Positions 19,751-30,337 of a stretch of DNA of 64,000 bases are shown in pieces (the first letter of the stretch is position 1; each line of letters begins with the position of its first letter). The notes beneath the pieces were generated by a model. It did not search any database and was not told where the DNA came from. It worked only from the letters and a program-made list of their open reading frames with translations. This DNA is from Candidatus Bathyarchaeota archaeon (lineage in GTDB: Archaea > Thermoproteota > Bathyarchaeia > Bathyarchaeales > Bathycorpusculaceae). Made by a program: the position numbers and the translations under genes. The DNA is taken from assembly GCA_963828195.1 (NCBI GenBank), contig CAWHDT010000001.1, positions 224,001 to 288,000 of the forward strand. Direction: 5' to 3'.

Positions 19751-21793
19751 TCACGTTTTCTTTAGGCATCCTTCTCTGGGTTCATAAATTGTTCCTTCAC
19801 GCAGCAACTGGCTTATCATACGTTCTACTTCGCCTCTTGGTATCTTGTGTTTTGTCTCAAGTTCGTTGACAAGCGCTTCTTTCTCGACTATACCCGTAAC
19901 TTTTTCCATCTCCATCAGCACCGACAATATTATGCTCAATCTATCTCGGATGCTTTTGGATCTTCCAGTCATAATCAAGTCAATATCCACTTTGTATGAG
20001 GACAAGTCAATTCCAACTTCTTCCAGAGACCGCTTCATAATAACTATAGCTGCCTCAGCATCTTCACCAGTTACTTCCTTTCGCAGTGCAACGCGTGCTC
20101 TGGCTTCTGAGATACGAACAAGTGACTCTAACTGGCGCGCAGTTATCGCCACTGGTGACCCCTCCGTTTCGCTTGCCGCGCGCATAGCTAAGTAAAAGTC
20201 GCTTAGCCGCTTTAACGCTTCAGTACTGAGCACGGGCTTAATTCCCTTAGCGTAACTAATGTATTTCCGCAGCAACTCAACATCAACCGGTCCCTCAACG
20301 GGGCTTATTCCTCTGCGGTGAATTTCTAAAATGTGCTGTGACATTTTTCCGTCTGATTCCTTATTTGGCACATCGCGTAGCACGAAGATTAAGTCAAAAC
20401 GCGAAAGAATAGTTACGGGCAACGGGACGTTTTCAGCGACTGTTCTGTTGGGTTCATACCTCCCTAAGGATGGGTTAGCTGCTGCCAGCACAGCTGTTCT
20501 GGCATTAAGCGTGGCAACTATTCCGCCTTTTGCAACTGAAACGGTGTGCTGCTCCATGGCTTCGTGGATGGCAACTCGGTCTTCAGGACGCATTTTGTCC
20601 ATTTCGTCGATACATGCGATTCCTTTGTCGGCTAGCACTAATGCGCCTGCTTCAAGACTCATGCTTCCGCCTTTCTCTCTTACCACGGCGGCTGTTAAGC
20701 CTGCGGCGGTTGTTCCTCTTCCAGACGTGTAGAGTCCTCTTGGGGCTATTCTGGCTACGTATTGGAGAAGTTGGCTTTTTGCGGTCCCAGGATCTCCAAT
20801 TAATAAAGCGTTCATCTCGCCTCTGATGTTTACGTCTGGTAGGCTTTTGGATACTCCGCCGAAGAGCAGATACATTATTGCTTCTTTGATGTGTTCTAAG
20901 CCGAAGATTGAGGGTGCTATGGAACTTATTATTTTCCTGTGCACCCATGGGTCTTTTGCTAGTGCATGCATTTTTTCTTCTTCTTCAGGCGTGGGCGGTG
21001 AAGTTTCAGGTTCTTTTCCGAGCACTTCTATTGAGTTAGCGTCAAGTTGAAGTATGAATGTTCGAAGTTTTCCCATCCCCATCAGTGAAGGCGCAAAAGC
21101 GCGGACGATTCCAACTATGCCAACGTGATCTCCTGGTCTTGCCACATCAACTATGTCGTCGCCCACAAGTTTCACCGCTAATGTGCGTGGCAGTTGCCCC
21201 GGAGGTAGGTCTTCAGGTTTTTCCTGCAGCCGAAGATCTTGGGAATCTATAAAAGTTGATTCTTCCTGCACAAACTCAAACGGTCCATCTCTCCCACAGT
21301 CAGGCGCTTGGCATATTGCCGGCGCTTTAAGGAACTGCCCCGTTTGCTCCTCCATGTTCATGGTTCCGCAGCGTTTGCACTTGAAGGCTGCTTGCAAGAC
21401 CATGGGTCGAACGGGTGTGGCTCTAACCACTATGCCCTCAACCATGATTAGCTTCGTCATCTGTCTTGAGCCGAGCTTTCTCAGCTGCTCTTTTCCGAGA
21501 AGCTTCACAATTCTGGGATTAATTTTTTCAATTTTTTCGGCGTACTCAGCATCTTCTATGCGAAGTTGCTCGTAGGCTCCTTTTCCCGCATGCTGCAAAT
21601 ATTGCTCTGGTCTGTTTAGCAGCTGTTCGGAGAGTGCTTGGTCAAATCCATAAAGCTCTTCGAAATCAACAGTTATTGAACCTTTTCCACTGATGGCTAA
21701 CTGCGCGATTCTTTGACGATACTTCTCTTTCTTAAAGAACTCTTGAAAACGCTGCTGCGGATCCACTGCAACCTGTTCGTTAGCCATCTTCAC
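19751..21793 (-). CDS. mcm: Replicative helicase MCM (no intein)
   Basis: GDPGTAKSQ, IDEMDKM, SRFD and TARQLESL motifs, zinc finger, C-terminal wHTH. Confidence 0.96.
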   Translation of the reverse strand: MKMANEQVAVDPQQRFQEFFKKEKYRQRIAQLAISGKGSITVDFEELYGFDQALSEQLLNRPEQYLQHAGKGAYEQLRIEDAEYAEKIEKINPRIVKLLGKEQLRKLGSRQMTKLIMVEGIVVRATPVRPMVLQAAFKCKRCGTMNMEEQTGQFLKAPAICQAPDCGRDGPFEFVQEESTFIDSQDLRLQEKPEDLPPGQLPRTLAVKLVGDDIVDVARPGDHVGIVGIVRAFAPSLMGMGKLRTFILQLDANSIEVLGKEPETSPPTPEEEEKMHALAKDPWVHRKIISSIAPSIFGLEHIKEAIMYLLFGGVSKSLPDVNIRGEMNALLIGDPGTAKSQLLQYVARIAPRGLYTSGRGTTAAGLTAAVVREKGGSMSLEAGALVLADKGIACIDEMDKMRPEDRVAIHEAMEQHTVSVAKGGIVATLNARTAVLAAANPSLGRYEPNRTVAENVPLPVTILSRFDLIFVLRDVPNKESDGKMSQHILEIHRRGISPVEGPVDVELLRKYISYAKGIKPVLSTEALKRLSDFYLAMRAASETEGSPVAITARQLESLVRISEARARVALRKEVTGEDAEAAIVIMKRSLEEVGIDLSSYKVDIDLIMTGRSKSIRDRLSIILSVLMEMEKVTGIVEKEALVNELETKHKIPRGEVERMISQLLREGTIYEPREGCLKKT

Positions 21794-22341
21794 TTTTCTC
21801 CGTCACTTTCAAGAATCTTCGTTTTCCACTCAGAGATTATTTTAACTAATTGTTCATAGAGAATTTTTTCCTCACTTGTAAACTTTTTCAGAACCTGCTC
21901 ACTTTGGGTTGGAGCGGAAGATAGAGCAACAATTTTTTTAAGCCTAGAATTCACTATGTCACGGGCTAACTGTTTTGCTCTGTCGTACTCCTGGTATTTC
22001 TCAGAATTTGCGGTTTGATCTTTCAGGTCAGTGATGAACCTGCGAAGTTTAGGGTAGAAGTCCTCTGGCACTTCAGATATTTGCCCTGGAATTTGCACGC
22101 CTTCTTTCCACTGCACTTTAAAAAGTTTGGTAGCGTCAAGGATGTCGTCTTCTCTAAAATGAACCATTCCATAATTCGATAACTCTTTTGCCACCCAAAA
22201 ATAAACTTCGTATTCATTTCCTTCGTCAAAAGGGCCGACAGTTAATCCTGCAAGCTTAATCTCGGGACAGTTTCTGTTTGCAACAATTTTAACAAGTGAG
22301 TTCTCGTAACAGAAATCCAACATGCCAATTTTCGCTGCCAA
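21790..22341 (-). CDS. GINS subunit (Gins23 type)
   Basis: Directly upstream of and overlapping mcm; B-domain (EVYFWVAKEL) followed by A-domain (PEDFY, RLKKI, EEKILY). Start uncertain. Confidence 0.75.
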   Translation of the reverse strand: MAAKIGMLDFCYENSLVKIVANRNCPEIKLAGLTVGPFDEGNEYEVYFWVAKELSNYGMVHFREDDILDATKLFKVQWKEGVQIPGQISEVPEDFYPKLRRFITDLKDQTANSEKYQEYDRAKQLARDIVNSRLKKIVALSSAPTQSEQVLKKFTSEEKILYEQLVKIISEWKTKILESDGEK

Positions 22342-22514
22342 CTCCTTTTTTCCTCCCAAGTCCCAAATGTTTTTCCTTTTGTGGGGTTCAACAGATATAG
22401 CAAGAACAGTTTTAAGCGTTTGCACTAGAAAAAACATTGTTGAAGAAAGCTTGCCTGGGCGTTTAGAGAATGTTTTGTGGTTTTCTTAAGTGTTTTCTCG
22501 CTCTGTTTTCGCGT

Positions 22515-23783
22515 TTAAGGCCAGAGTCCCAGTGTTTTTATGGCGTTAGCTACTCTTCCGACACCCAGCATCAATGCGCCTGTACGCATGTCACTCTCTT
22601 CTTTTTCCACAATTGCGACTACATCGTTGAATGCCTTAGTCATTTTGATCTCCAGCCTCCTGTTAACTTTGTCAAGCGGCCATTGCTCGCGGGTCAGGTT
22701 TTGGACCCACTCAAAATAGCTCACCGTCACTCCGCCGCTGTTGGCTAGGATGTCTGGGATCAGGCAGATTCCTTTCTCGTACAAGACTTTGTCTGCGTCA
22801 GGAGTGGTTGGTCCGTTCGCTGCTTCAGCGACCATTTTTGCCTTGATTTTATCGGCGTTTTTGCATGTGATTTGGTTTTCCATCGCGGCGGGAATCAGCA
22901 CGTCGCAGGGCAATTCAAGCAGTTCCTCGTTTGTTATGTTTCGGCAGCCTTTGTAGTTCTGGACTGAGCGGGTTTTTTCTTTATGCGCAAGAACTTCAGG
23001 CGGGTTTAAGCCGTCTGGACAATAGATTCCTCCTGTTGAGTCGCTTACCGCTATTATTTTGCAGCCTTCTTCCTGTGCTGCGGCTGCTGCGTGGTAGCCC
23101 ACGTTGCCGAATCCTTGAACTGCTACTGCAGCGTTTTTCAGTTTTAAACCGTTGTTTTCTGCCGCCTGTTTTACGCAGTGGATTACTCCTCTGCCTGTGG
23201 CTTCCGTTCTGCCCCATGAGCCTCCGATTTCAACAGGTTTGCCAGTTACGCTTTCAGGGATGCTGTAGCCTTTCATTTGGCTGTACGTGTCCATTACCCA
23301 AGCCATAGTCTGTGCGTCGGTGTACATGTCCGGGGCGGGTATGTCGCGGTGTGGCCCCAAATACTCAAAGATTAAGCTGACGTATCTTCTTGTTAATCTT
23401 TCAAGCTCATGTTTGCTCATTTTTTTGGTGTCAACGCATACCCCGCCTTTTGCTCCGCCAAACGGTATGTCAGCTATCGCGCATTTCCAAGTCATCAACA
23501 TTGCCAACGCGGTGACTTCGTCAAGGGTGAGGTTTGGGTAATATCGGATTCCGCCTTTGAATGGTCCCCGCGCATCCCAATGCTGCACTCTAACACCGTT
23601 GAATACGCCGACGGTTCCGTTGTCCATTCGGATGTCGATGCTGACGCTGATGGACCGTTTAGGCTGGCTAAGCATCTTGTGCATGCCAGCGTCCAACTCT
23701 AATTTTTTACTTGCTAATTTAAGTTGAGAAAGAGCAACCGATAATGCCGTATGTTCTTCAGCCATAAACAAAGCCTTCTGCAT
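22515..23783 (-). CDS. gdhA: Glutamate dehydrogenase (Glu/Leu/Phe/Val family)
   Basis: GPFKGGIRY, GGAKGG, DIPAPD, GFGNVG, EAANGP and GGVTVSYFEWVQN motifs. Confidence 0.93.
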   Translation of the reverse strand: MQKALFMAEEHTALSVALSQLKLASKKLELDAGMHKMLSQPKRSISVSIDIRMDNGTVGVFNGVRVQHWDARGPFKGGIRYYPNLTLDEVTALAMLMTWKCAIADIPFGGAKGGVCVDTKKMSKHELERLTRRYVSLIFEYLGPHRDIPAPDMYTDAQTMAWVMDTYSQMKGYSIPESVTGKPVEIGGSWGRTEATGRGVIHCVKQAAENNGLKLKNAAVAVQGFGNVGYHAAAAAQEEGCKIIAVSDSTGGIYCPDGLNPPEVLAHKEKTRSVQNYKGCRNITNEELLELPCDVLIPAAMENQITCKNADKIKAKMVAEAANGPTTPDADKVLYEKGICLIPDILANSGGVTVSYFEWVQNLTREQWPLDKVNRRLEIKMTKAFNDVVAIVEKEESDMRTGALMLGVGRVANAIKTLGLWP

Positions 23784-24002
23784 TAAAAGTTAATTAAGAA
23801 TGGCTAGATAAGATTTGCCTTCGTTTTTTTCTGTGTTTTGTTGATGCTTTTGTATACGGTGGCTTTATGGGTTTGCTGAAGCTATGTTTTAGTTTATTCG
23901 CTGCCATTTACACTTGAAAAATGGGCGTTAATGGCGAGGAGAGCGGCTCAGCAACTTGTGCTTCAGGCTTTTTGTGGCTGGGTTTTGTCAGCGATTTAAT
24001 TT

Positions 24003-24135
24003 TGAAAGAACAACAACACCTCGGGAGCAAATGTTGTTCTTCTTGGCAATATTTAAAAGAAGAAGAAGCCTAGAAAAATCGTTTTTCTTCTTCTTCTTCT
24101 GTTGCTGCATGCCATATTTGTGTTGGTTTTTTGGT
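24003..24135 (+). repeat. Dispersed intergenic hairpin repeat, copy A
   Basis: AAGAACAACA..TGTTGTTCTT hairpin followed by AAGAAGAAGAAG..TAGAAAAATCGTTTTTCTTCTTCTTCTTCT; homologous to copies at ~38.4 kb and ~63.7 kb. Confidence 0.8.
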
Positions 24136-24476
24136 GCAAATAGTAGGTAGGTCTATAGGTCGGCGGCTTGATGTTCAGGGCTTGTTTTGGGTTGCTTTTT
24201 TGTTTAGAACTTGATTTGTTTGTGGGGTGAGTCAAAAAAAGAAATAAGCCAATAAAAGTAGCGAGCTATTGTCCTTCCGGATCAAGTTTCGCTAAATTAT
24301 CGGCGGGTTAAGTTTTTTACAAAAACCATCTGTAATCAAAAATATTCGTAAAATAAAATTTTTTTAGACGAAAACGTAGGGAAATATCTGAAAAAGCTTC
24401 TTTTCATGCGAAAAAAATAAAAACAAATGAAAACTACAGAGCTAACTTTGATACGACAAAGATAGAATTGGTACTT

Positions 24477-25454
24477 ATGAAAACCCTTCGTGAAATTGAC
24501 GTAAAGATTCTCAAAGTGCTACTTACAGATGGGCGAAAAAGTTTCACCGACATAGCAGAAGAATGCAACACATCAAAGGACATCGTCTGGAAACATTACA
24601 AAGAAATGAAGGCGACCGGCATAATAGTTGGTGCCACAATTCAATTTAATTACCAAAAATTTGGCTACAGCGGCATGGCAATGATAATGCTTAGTGTAGA
24701 CTTACAAAATATTGATGATGTTTTTTTGCGTCTTAAGAAAATTCCGGGTGTGAATATTTTTCGTTATTACAATGCAACGTATAATGTTGGAGTAATTTCT
24801 TATCTCAAAAGTTTAAGAGATCTAGAAAATGTTAAAGAAATCATAAGCAAACAAAGCAAAATAAATGAAATCAAGACGTATTTTTGGACGGACATAAGAA
24901 ACATACCTGAAAACGTTTTGGTGGACTCACTTGAAAACAGAACCATGCAGCCAGATTTAAGCTCTCAAGCAAGCGCAGATGTTCAAAAAGATTTGGTAAA
25001 TGTTGACGAAATCGATATGCAAATAATCGAAAAATTAACCAAAAACGGTCGCATGTCCTTCAGTAAAATTGCTCAAGAAATAGGCGTTTCAACTGATACT
25101 ATCACAAGGAGATACAACAATCTTACAAAAAACAATTTTATCAAAGTGTCAATTCAAATCAACCCTATAGAGTTGGGCTATCAAGCTATTCTAGAACTCA
25201 ACATAGCGCTAATAAACCAAAGCAAAACAAAAGAAGTAGTGGATAGGTTGTCCATAATCCCTGGCGTAAGTTATCTTGTTAAAATAAGTGGAAGCTACGA
25301 CCTATTAGTTGTGGCTTTAGTTAAAGATTGCACGGCGATTATTACAATTAATGAGGCAATCGTAAAAATACCTTCTGTAAAAAGAATAGACTCAACTATG
25401 CGGCAGGTTTGCCCCGCTTGGCCTGGTCCTCGTCAGTATATATCCACATTTTAA
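24477..25454 (+). CDS. Tandem-domain Lrp/AsnC transcriptional regulator
   Basis: Two Lrp HTH+RAM units (IDVKIL..L..DGRKSF; IDMQII..L..NGRMSF). Confidence 0.88.
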   Translation: MKTLREIDVKILKVLLTDGRKSFTDIAEECNTSKDIVWKHYKEMKATGIIVGATIQFNYQKFGYSGMAMIMLSVDLQNIDDVFLRLKKIPGVNIFRYYNATYNVGVISYLKSLRDLENVKEIISKQSKINEIKTYFWTDIRNIPENVLVDSLENRTMQPDLSSQASADVQKDLVNVDEIDMQIIEKLTKNGRMSFSKIAQEIGVSTDTITRRYNNLTKNNFIKVSIQINPIELGYQAILELNIALINQSKTKEVVDRLSIIPGVSYLVKISGSYDLLVVALVKDCTAIITINEAIVKIPSVKRIDSTMRQVCPAWPGPRQYISTF

Positions 25455-25516
25455 TCGTTAAAAAACGATCTGCCCGATAGCATTTCTCGATTTTTCTATA
25501 TTTTTTTGTTGATTAA

Positions 25517-25551
25517 TTGGTAGTCGGCTGTCTTACTGTGACATTATATAA
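25517..25551 (+). promoter_or_regulatory. TTGGTAGTCG box plus TATA, copy 2
   Basis: TTGGTAGTCG-GCTGT-CTTA-CTGTG-ACAT-TATATAA. Confidence 0.75.
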
Positions 25552-25602
25552 GGTTTTTTTGGCAAAGGCTTGTGCCACAGAAAAAAAGGAAATGAAAAAA
25601 AA

Positions 25603-28365
25603 ATGTTAAAAACAAAAAACAGAATTTTAGCTATTGCAATTGCTATATTTTTAACCCTTTCAATGTCAGCTTCAATGATGCTTATACCAAACGCAAGTGC
25701 ACATAATCCTGCATGGCAGATTCCAACGTTTGCCCACATATTCGCTGCACCTAACCCCGTGGGTGTTGGCCAGACAATGTGGATAGATATGTTCCTTGCA
25801 AACCCACCCTATTATAATTCAGCACTATATAACGACTATAGATACCATGACTACGTGCTAACCATTACTGCTCCGGACGGAACGGTCTCAACCCAGACTT
25901 TTGCTTACATCTCAGACCCAACAAACGATCAGAACTATGCTTACACTCCAACTCAAGTCGGCACGTACACTTTTAACTTTACTTATCCTGGAGAAACAAT
26001 AACTGCCGCAGACCAACCAGCCGGCTCAATATATGTTAACGACACTTATCTGCCCAGCTCTACATCAATGACGGTTACTGTGCAGCAAAACCCAATTCCT
26101 CCAGCTACCGGTAGTTCTCCATTGCCGACACAATTCTGGACGCGGCCAATTTACGGTGAGAACACTGTTTGGTACACGATTTCATCTCAATGGTACGGTT
26201 CAGGTGTAACAGGCTTCGGCGCCATGGTTGGACCAAACGAGCAGATGAACCCCGGAGAAGATAGCGGAGCAACTGCCGTAGGACCACTTACCAGCCATAT
26301 CATGTGGACATACCCGATTCAAGAAGGAGGAGTCGTTGGAGGAACCTCTGTTTCCGTTCAGGGAGACACATACTTTGAGGGCTCTGCATACGAGCAAAGA
26401 TACAACAATCCGATAATAGTTGACGGAGACATCTACTACACGCTACCAATATCATTCTCTGGTCCCAGCAGTGGAGCAACTGTCTGCCAAGACTTGCAAA
26501 CGGGACAAATTATTTGGTCTAGCACTCAAGTACCTGCGCTATCCTTTGCTTACATATATGATGTTCAAGACCCCAACCAGCACGGAGTTTATCCAGCAAT
26601 TTTGTTCACAAGCGGTTTTGCACGTGCCTTTGATGCGTACACAGGAGACCCACTGTTCAATGTAACTGGCGTTCCCTCAGGCAGCGGAATAGTACTTGGC
26701 CCAAGCGGTGAAGATATAAAGTATGTCTTCGCAAATGCAGGTACCACCGCGAGTCCCAGCTGGTATTTGGCTGAGTGGAACTCATCCAGAATGATGGATA
26801 CGACTTACAATCCAATAACAGGCGCAGCTGTTAACACTCCTACACTCTACAATGACTCCTATACCAACGGTACCACTTTATCAGCTTTCGACGCGTCCTA
26901 CGCAGATGTTGCACAGCCAGTTATCGGACCTGATGCTGGCACTAACAATAATGCCCCAGCTACGAATAATTACGTGATCTATGCAAACGTCGTAAACCAG
27001 AGCAATGCACTATACAGTTATGACTGGAACGTTTCAGTATCTTGGCACAACACCATGACCCTAACACCTACAATACTTTCCACTTTCTACGGTAATATGC
27101 TGCTTTGCATGAACGGCTCTTATCCTGCGTTAGGTGCAAACAATCCCTACACATACTTCGCTGTAAACCTCAATGCATCTAGAGGCCAAATCGGTTCGAT
27201 ACTGTGGATGCAGACAGAGCAACCGCCACCAGGCAACATCACTACTGTCACATATGCCGGAGCCGATCTATCTGCTAACGCCTTCTGTGAATCGTATAGA
27301 TCATCTCAGCAATTCGTTGGATACAGTCTGTCGAGCGGCCAACAAATATGGGGTCCAACTGCATCTCAACCCGCCCTTGACTACTTTGGCAGTCCAGGAC
27401 CTGGCACTTTGGCTGATCAGATTGCTTACGGGTGCATCTACAGTGTTGCATACTCAGGAATACTCTACTGCTATAATTTGACAACTGGAAATGTACTGTG
27501 GACATACGGTAATGGCGGCGAAGGCAACAGTACTAATGCCGGCTTAAACGCGCCTTATGGTGATTACCCAACCTTCATAAACGCTGTTGGAAACGGAGTA
27601 ATATACACGGTCACTACTGAACACACAATTGAAACACCAATTTGGAAGGATTGTTTGGCTCGTGCTATCAATGCTACCAACGGAGCAGAAATCTGGACCC
27701 TTTCAGATTTCACCACAGAGTTCTCCACTGAAAGTTATGCTATCGCAGACGGCTATGCAACATTCTTCAATAGCTATGATCAACAAATTTACAGTGTCGG
27801 ACAAGGACCCAGCTCCACTTCAGTACAGGCACCGCTGACTGCAATCACAGCAGGCGACCATGTAACTATCCAGGGTACAGTGATAGATATTTCTGCAGGC
27901 ACACAGCAAACAGAGCAGAAAGCAGACTTTCCAAACGGAGTCCCATGCGCATCTGACGCTAGCATGAGTGCTTGGATGAGCTACGTTTACCAGCAACAGC
28001 CAGAACCAACGAACTTCACAGGCGTTCCAGTAACGTTGACCGCTACTGATCCAAACGGCAACTTCATCACCCTCGGCACCGCTACAACCGATTCAAACGG
28101 CTTATACAGCTTCTCGTGGCTGACACCAAATGTTCCAGGTTTGTACACAATAACTGCAACGTTTGCTGGCACTAACGGCTACTGGCCATCAAATGCACAA
28201 ACTGCCCTAACCGTACAATCAGGGCCTACAGCAACTGCCGCACCTACCGCATCCCCGACCTCTATGGCTGACACATACTTTGTTCCCGCAATCGCTGGAC
28301 TATTCGTCTTAATCATTGCAGGCTTGGCTGTCGTAATATTAGTGGTGCTTAGGAAACGACCATAA
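25603..28365 (+). CDS. Secreted, membrane-anchored PQQ-like beta-propeller surface protein (paralog 2)
   Basis: Same architecture as paralog 1; start placed at MLKTKNR by comparison with the paralogs; C-terminal TM followed by RKRP. Confidence 0.85.
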   Translation: MLKTKNRILAIAIAIFLTLSMSASMMLIPNASAHNPAWQIPTFAHIFAAPNPVGVGQTMWIDMFLANPPYYNSALYNDYRYHDYVLTITAPDGTVSTQTFAYISDPTNDQNYAYTPTQVGTYTFNFTYPGETITAADQPAGSIYVNDTYLPSSTSMTVTVQQNPIPPATGSSPLPTQFWTRPIYGENTVWYTISSQWYGSGVTGFGAMVGPNEQMNPGEDSGATAVGPLTSHIMWTYPIQEGGVVGGTSVSVQGDTYFEGSAYEQRYNNPIIVDGDIYYTLPISFSGPSSGATVCQDLQTGQIIWSSTQVPALSFAYIYDVQDPNQHGVYPAILFTSGFARAFDAYTGDPLFNVTGVPSGSGIVLGPSGEDIKYVFANAGTTASPSWYLAEWNSSRMMDTTYNPITGAAVNTPTLYNDSYTNGTTLSAFDASYADVAQPVIGPDAGTNNNAPATNNYVIYANVVNQSNALYSYDWNVSVSWHNTMTLTPTILSTFYGNMLLCMNGSYPALGANNPYTYFAVNLNASRGQIGSILWMQTEQPPPGNITTVTYAGADLSANAFCESYRSSQQFVGYSLSSGQQIWGPTASQPALDYFGSPGPGTLADQIAYGCIYSVAYSGILYCYNLTTGNVLWTYGNGGEGNSTNAGLNAPYGDYPTFINAVGNGVIYTVTTEHTIETPIWKDCLARAINATNGAEIWTLSDFTTEFSTESYAIADGYATFFNSYDQQIYSVGQGPSSTSVQAPLTAITAGDHVTIQGTVIDISAGTQQTEQKADFPNGVPCASDASMSAWMSYVYQQQPEPTNFTGVPVTLTATDPNGNFITLGTATTDSNGLYSFSWLTPNVPGLYTITATFAGTNGYWPSNAQTALTVQSGPTATAAPTASPTSMADTYFVPAIAGLFVLIIAGLAVVILVVLRKRP

Positions 28366-28426
28366 AAAACGCAAACAAAAAAATCTACATTTCCCTTTTT
28401 TTTAATTTTAAAAAGCAATACTGATG

Positions 28427-28532
28427 AGAAATGGATTGATTAGGCTCTGTTTAAAATCTAAACAAAAATAATATCTTGGTAGATTTTTGTATTTTTCTCA
28501 TAAGAAAAGATCCTAGAGCCCGCAAACTATTT
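28427..28532 (+). ncRNA. Conserved structured 3' element, copy 2 (diverged)
   Basis: TAGGCTCTG...TAGAGCC-CGCAAAC with AAAATCTA/TAGATTTT and TTTTCT/AGAAAA internal hairpins. Confidence 0.5.
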
Positions 28533-28613
28533 GACCATTGAGAATCTGTTTTCAATATATCTTGATATTTAGTCAATTCTCCGCGTTTATGGATCAGTTC
28601 TGCTTCAACAAAT

Positions 28614-29264
28614 TCATTGAGATTCAGTTTTAATCAAAATTACACCTTGCTTAGAGAAGCGAACTTTGATCGGCACTTTCATGTTTTCTCGCGCTTTAAC
28701 GAACGCAAATACAGCAGATCTTTTACTTTTTTCACTAAAGCATAACTCTATATTTTGTACTGTGCAGTTCTTGTTGATTTGTGTCTGAGAGTTTGCGTTT
28801 GCAATTGAGGTTCCTGCAGCAGCAAATTGCTGAATTATTGCTGCCCGTGTCTCCGTGATGTTCGTCGATAAGAACTGCTTTAGGATTTCTTCGCATTTGC
28901 TTTGTGGGGGCGCTTCTGACAGTTGAGTTGCTGCTTGGTTTATCTCTCGTTTTTGCCTGTTTTCTTTAAATCGTTTGGATCTAGCAGCAGTTTTCTTTAT
29001 TTCTGCAGGCATTTCCATGCTTACTGAGTGTTTTTCTTTTTCGCGGTGAATTGCTATTTGTGCATTATCTTTTGTTAACAGCAAGCTTTGTTCTTTTATT
29101 CGGATTTTTACGTGCGCATTTAAACTATCTCGGGCTTTAGCAAATTCTGATGCTGCAATTCTTAGTTGATCTTTTTGAACAGGCACTTCTATAGTTGATG
29201 CACTCATCATTAAAAAGTTAGAGATTACGAGCTCGCAAGCCCTGTGCTGTTCCTTTGCTATCAA
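28614..29264 (-). CDS. Hypothetical protein with internally duplicated domain
   Basis: 216-aa ORF with a promoter box upstream; two similar segments (CELVISNFL..FAKAR..VKIRI and CEEILKQFL..FVKAR..IKVRF). Confidence 0.65.
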   Translation of the reverse strand: MIAKEQHRACELVISNFLMMSASTIEVPVQKDQLRIAASEFAKARDSLNAHVKIRIKEQSLLLTKDNAQIAIHREKEKHSVSMEMPAEIKKTAARSKRFKENRQKREINQAATQLSEAPPQSKCEEILKQFLSTNITETRAAIIQQFAAAGTSIANANSQTQINKNCTVQNIELCFSEKSKRSAVFAFVKARENMKVPIKVRFSKQGVILIKTESQ

Positions 29265-29325
29265 ATTTTGAGTCCGACCTTTTCATCGCTGCCCATTTTT
29301 GCAATAAGAATATCATAAAAAAATG

Positions 29326-29360
29326 ATTTAAATTGTCCCATTAAGACAACCGACTACCAA
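29326..29360 (-). promoter_or_regulatory. TTGGTAGTCG box plus TATA, copy on minus strand
   Basis: Minus strand reads TTGGTAGTCG-GTTGT-CTTA-ATGGG-ACAA-TTTAAAT upstream of 29264. Confidence 0.75.
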
Positions 29361-29527
29361 ATTACCAACAAAAAATCTAAAAAATAAATGGAAAATTATT
29401 GATTTTTTAGGTTATAAAAAGGGTGTGGAATACATCTGCAAAGCTGCTTGTTTAATGCGTTTCCCGACAAATCAGCGTCAGAGCAGCTAATGTCACCTGA
29501 ATGTGGGTAACTTTTTTTGGGAACAGA

Positions 29528-30337
29528 TTACTGAATTGTTAAGGCTTGTTTTCGAGTTGTTTGAGCGTTCTTCCGCATGTTTTCAAAGTAAGCTTCTGCC
29601 AGTTTTATAACATGAGGGTTATTTGTCCATAAGCTGGGCATCGGGTTTGTTTCAGACACGGCTAGAGTCACTTCTTCTTTATCAAATATGTGCATTCCAA
29701 ATAGCCTAGAGGTTTCAGGCAAGTATCTGTGTTCAAAAAGGGGATTTTTCGATAAAGATTTTGGGTCCTCTGTAGTAGTGGTTTCTCCATTAAAATTCAA
29801 TGTTATGACTCGTACCTTTACACCTCTTCTTACCGCTCTCTCGACGTATGGGTAATTATCAAATAACATTCCATCATTCATTTTTTTTGGACACATAAAA
29901 TCAATACTTTTTTTGGTCGAGTCAGCCAACCTGTTATGCATTCTGGAAAGAATAGTCCATTTGGAAGTAATCGTGAACTGCACATTTTCCTGCAGAATAT
30001 TTTGGTTGCTACTTTCACAAAAAATAATAGACATCATTTTTGCTTGTTTTTCTGCTTCAACGTAGTCTTCTTTTTTGTTTTGCAGCAGGATCGATAAGCC
30101 TTCATTAATTGGGGTGGCTTTGTACATTGTTGGTTTGGTAATCATTTTTTCGACGAGCCCTTTTTCTTGGAGTTCAACAAGTACGCGATAAACGTCTTGT
30201 GAAGCGACCTGCGCCGTCTTAGCAGTTGTTCTTGCCGTTGACATACCTAATTTAGCGAGGGCTATGTAGACTTTTGCTTGCAATACCGAAAGCCCCAAAT
30301 TAACTAGCGTTTGCACCGATTCTTCCATGGGCTTCAC
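29528..30337 (-). CDS. TrmB-family transcriptional regulator (paralog of 13687..14472)
   Basis: Near-identical HTH (QAKVY.AL, VASQDVYR.L.ELQEKGLVEK) and FGMHIFDK.EV. Confidence 0.88.
   Translation of the reverse strand: MKPMEESVQTLVNLGLSVLQAKVYIALAKLGMSTARTTAKTAQVASQDVYRVLVELQEKGLVEKMITKPTMYKATPINEGLSILLQNKKEDYVEAEKQAKMMSIIFCESSNQNILQENVQFTITSKWTILSRMHNRLADSTKKSIDFMCPKKMNDGMLFDNYPYVERAVRRGVKVRVITLNFNGETTTTEDPKSLSKNPLFEHRYLPETSRLFGMHIFDKEEVTLAVSETNPMPSLWTNNPHVIKLAEAYFENMRKNAQTTRKQALTIQ

Noticed and set aside
19845-23702. Numerous antisense ORFs over mcm and gdhA (and similar ones elsewhere)
   Set aside because: Shadow frames of well-supported conserved genes with no independent coding signal.
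23956-24235. Short ORFs with poly-Phe/poly-Arg runs
   Set aside because: They are translations of the (GAA)n/(TTC)n repeat.
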